Source of the DNA: the human T2T-CHM13v2.0 reference genome, Homo sapiens
Reading direction: 5' to 3' (one strand)
NCBI RefSeq assembly: GCF_009914755.1
Contig: NC_060948.1
DNA: 64,000 bases
Below, in pieces: positions 63,760 to 64,000 of the stretch. The number at the start of each line of letters is the position of its first letter. The stretch's first letter is position 1. The notes below the pieces were generated by a model. It ran no database searches, was not told where the DNA came from, and saw nothing but the letters and a program-made list of their open reading frames with translations. The position numbers and the translations under genes are program-made.

Positions 63760-64000
63760 CAGTGGTGGGCTGTGGCTCGGAGCCCCCACCCAAGTCTCAC
63801 GGGGAACTGTGATCCTGAGTGTTGGAGCAGGGCTCTGCTGGGGGGTGACTGGGTGATGAGGGTGGACAGCCCCCTTGCCGGTCTCGTAATCCTGAGTTCT
63901 TGTGAGATCCGATGGTCTAAAAGTGGGTGGCAGTGGCCGGGTGCGGTGGCTCAGGCCTGTCATCCCAGCACTTTGAGACGCCAAGGCGGGTGGATCACCC
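63760..64000 (+). mobile_element. MST-like LTR fragment interrupted by an Alu (from 63934, cut by the window end)
   Basis: cccacccaagtctcac...aactgtgatcc...gagttcttgtgagatccgatggtctaaaagtg, then ggccgggtgcggtggctc. Confidence 0.7.

Overview
Human (or very close great-ape) DNA from the distal X/Y pseudoautosomal region PAR1, recognised from three spliced genes. (1) The last coding exon and long Alu-rich 3'UTR of PLCXD1 (+; CDS 2473-2711, poly(A) signals near 6710-6730). (2) The complete 10-exon GTPBP6 gene (-; mitochondrial HflX-family GTPase). Its exons join with canonical GT-AG sites to 1551 nt = 516 aa + stop. (3) The last 11 coding exons of PPP2R3B (-; PP2A B'' EF-hand subunit; 405 aa in the window, 5' exons lie beyond it). 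The rest is dense Alu/MaLR/L1 sequence plus many VNTRs, several built from transposon fragments. Most long ORFs in the track are repeat artefacts. No bacterial-type system (CRISPR etc.) is present. Most interesting observations: (a) tandem copies of exon-end/5' splice sites in both GTPBP6 and PPP2R3B; one GTPBP6 copy would rebuild a Walker A motif in frame; (b) the same A>C change at one Alu position in most Alus of the window; (c) an ~88-bp tandem E-box/CCAAT promoter array; (d) a 3.7-kb transposon-free, internally repeated, ORF-rich block downstream of PPP2R3B. Exon coordinates were read base by base. Repeat boundaries, subfamily names and copy counts are by-eye estimates.
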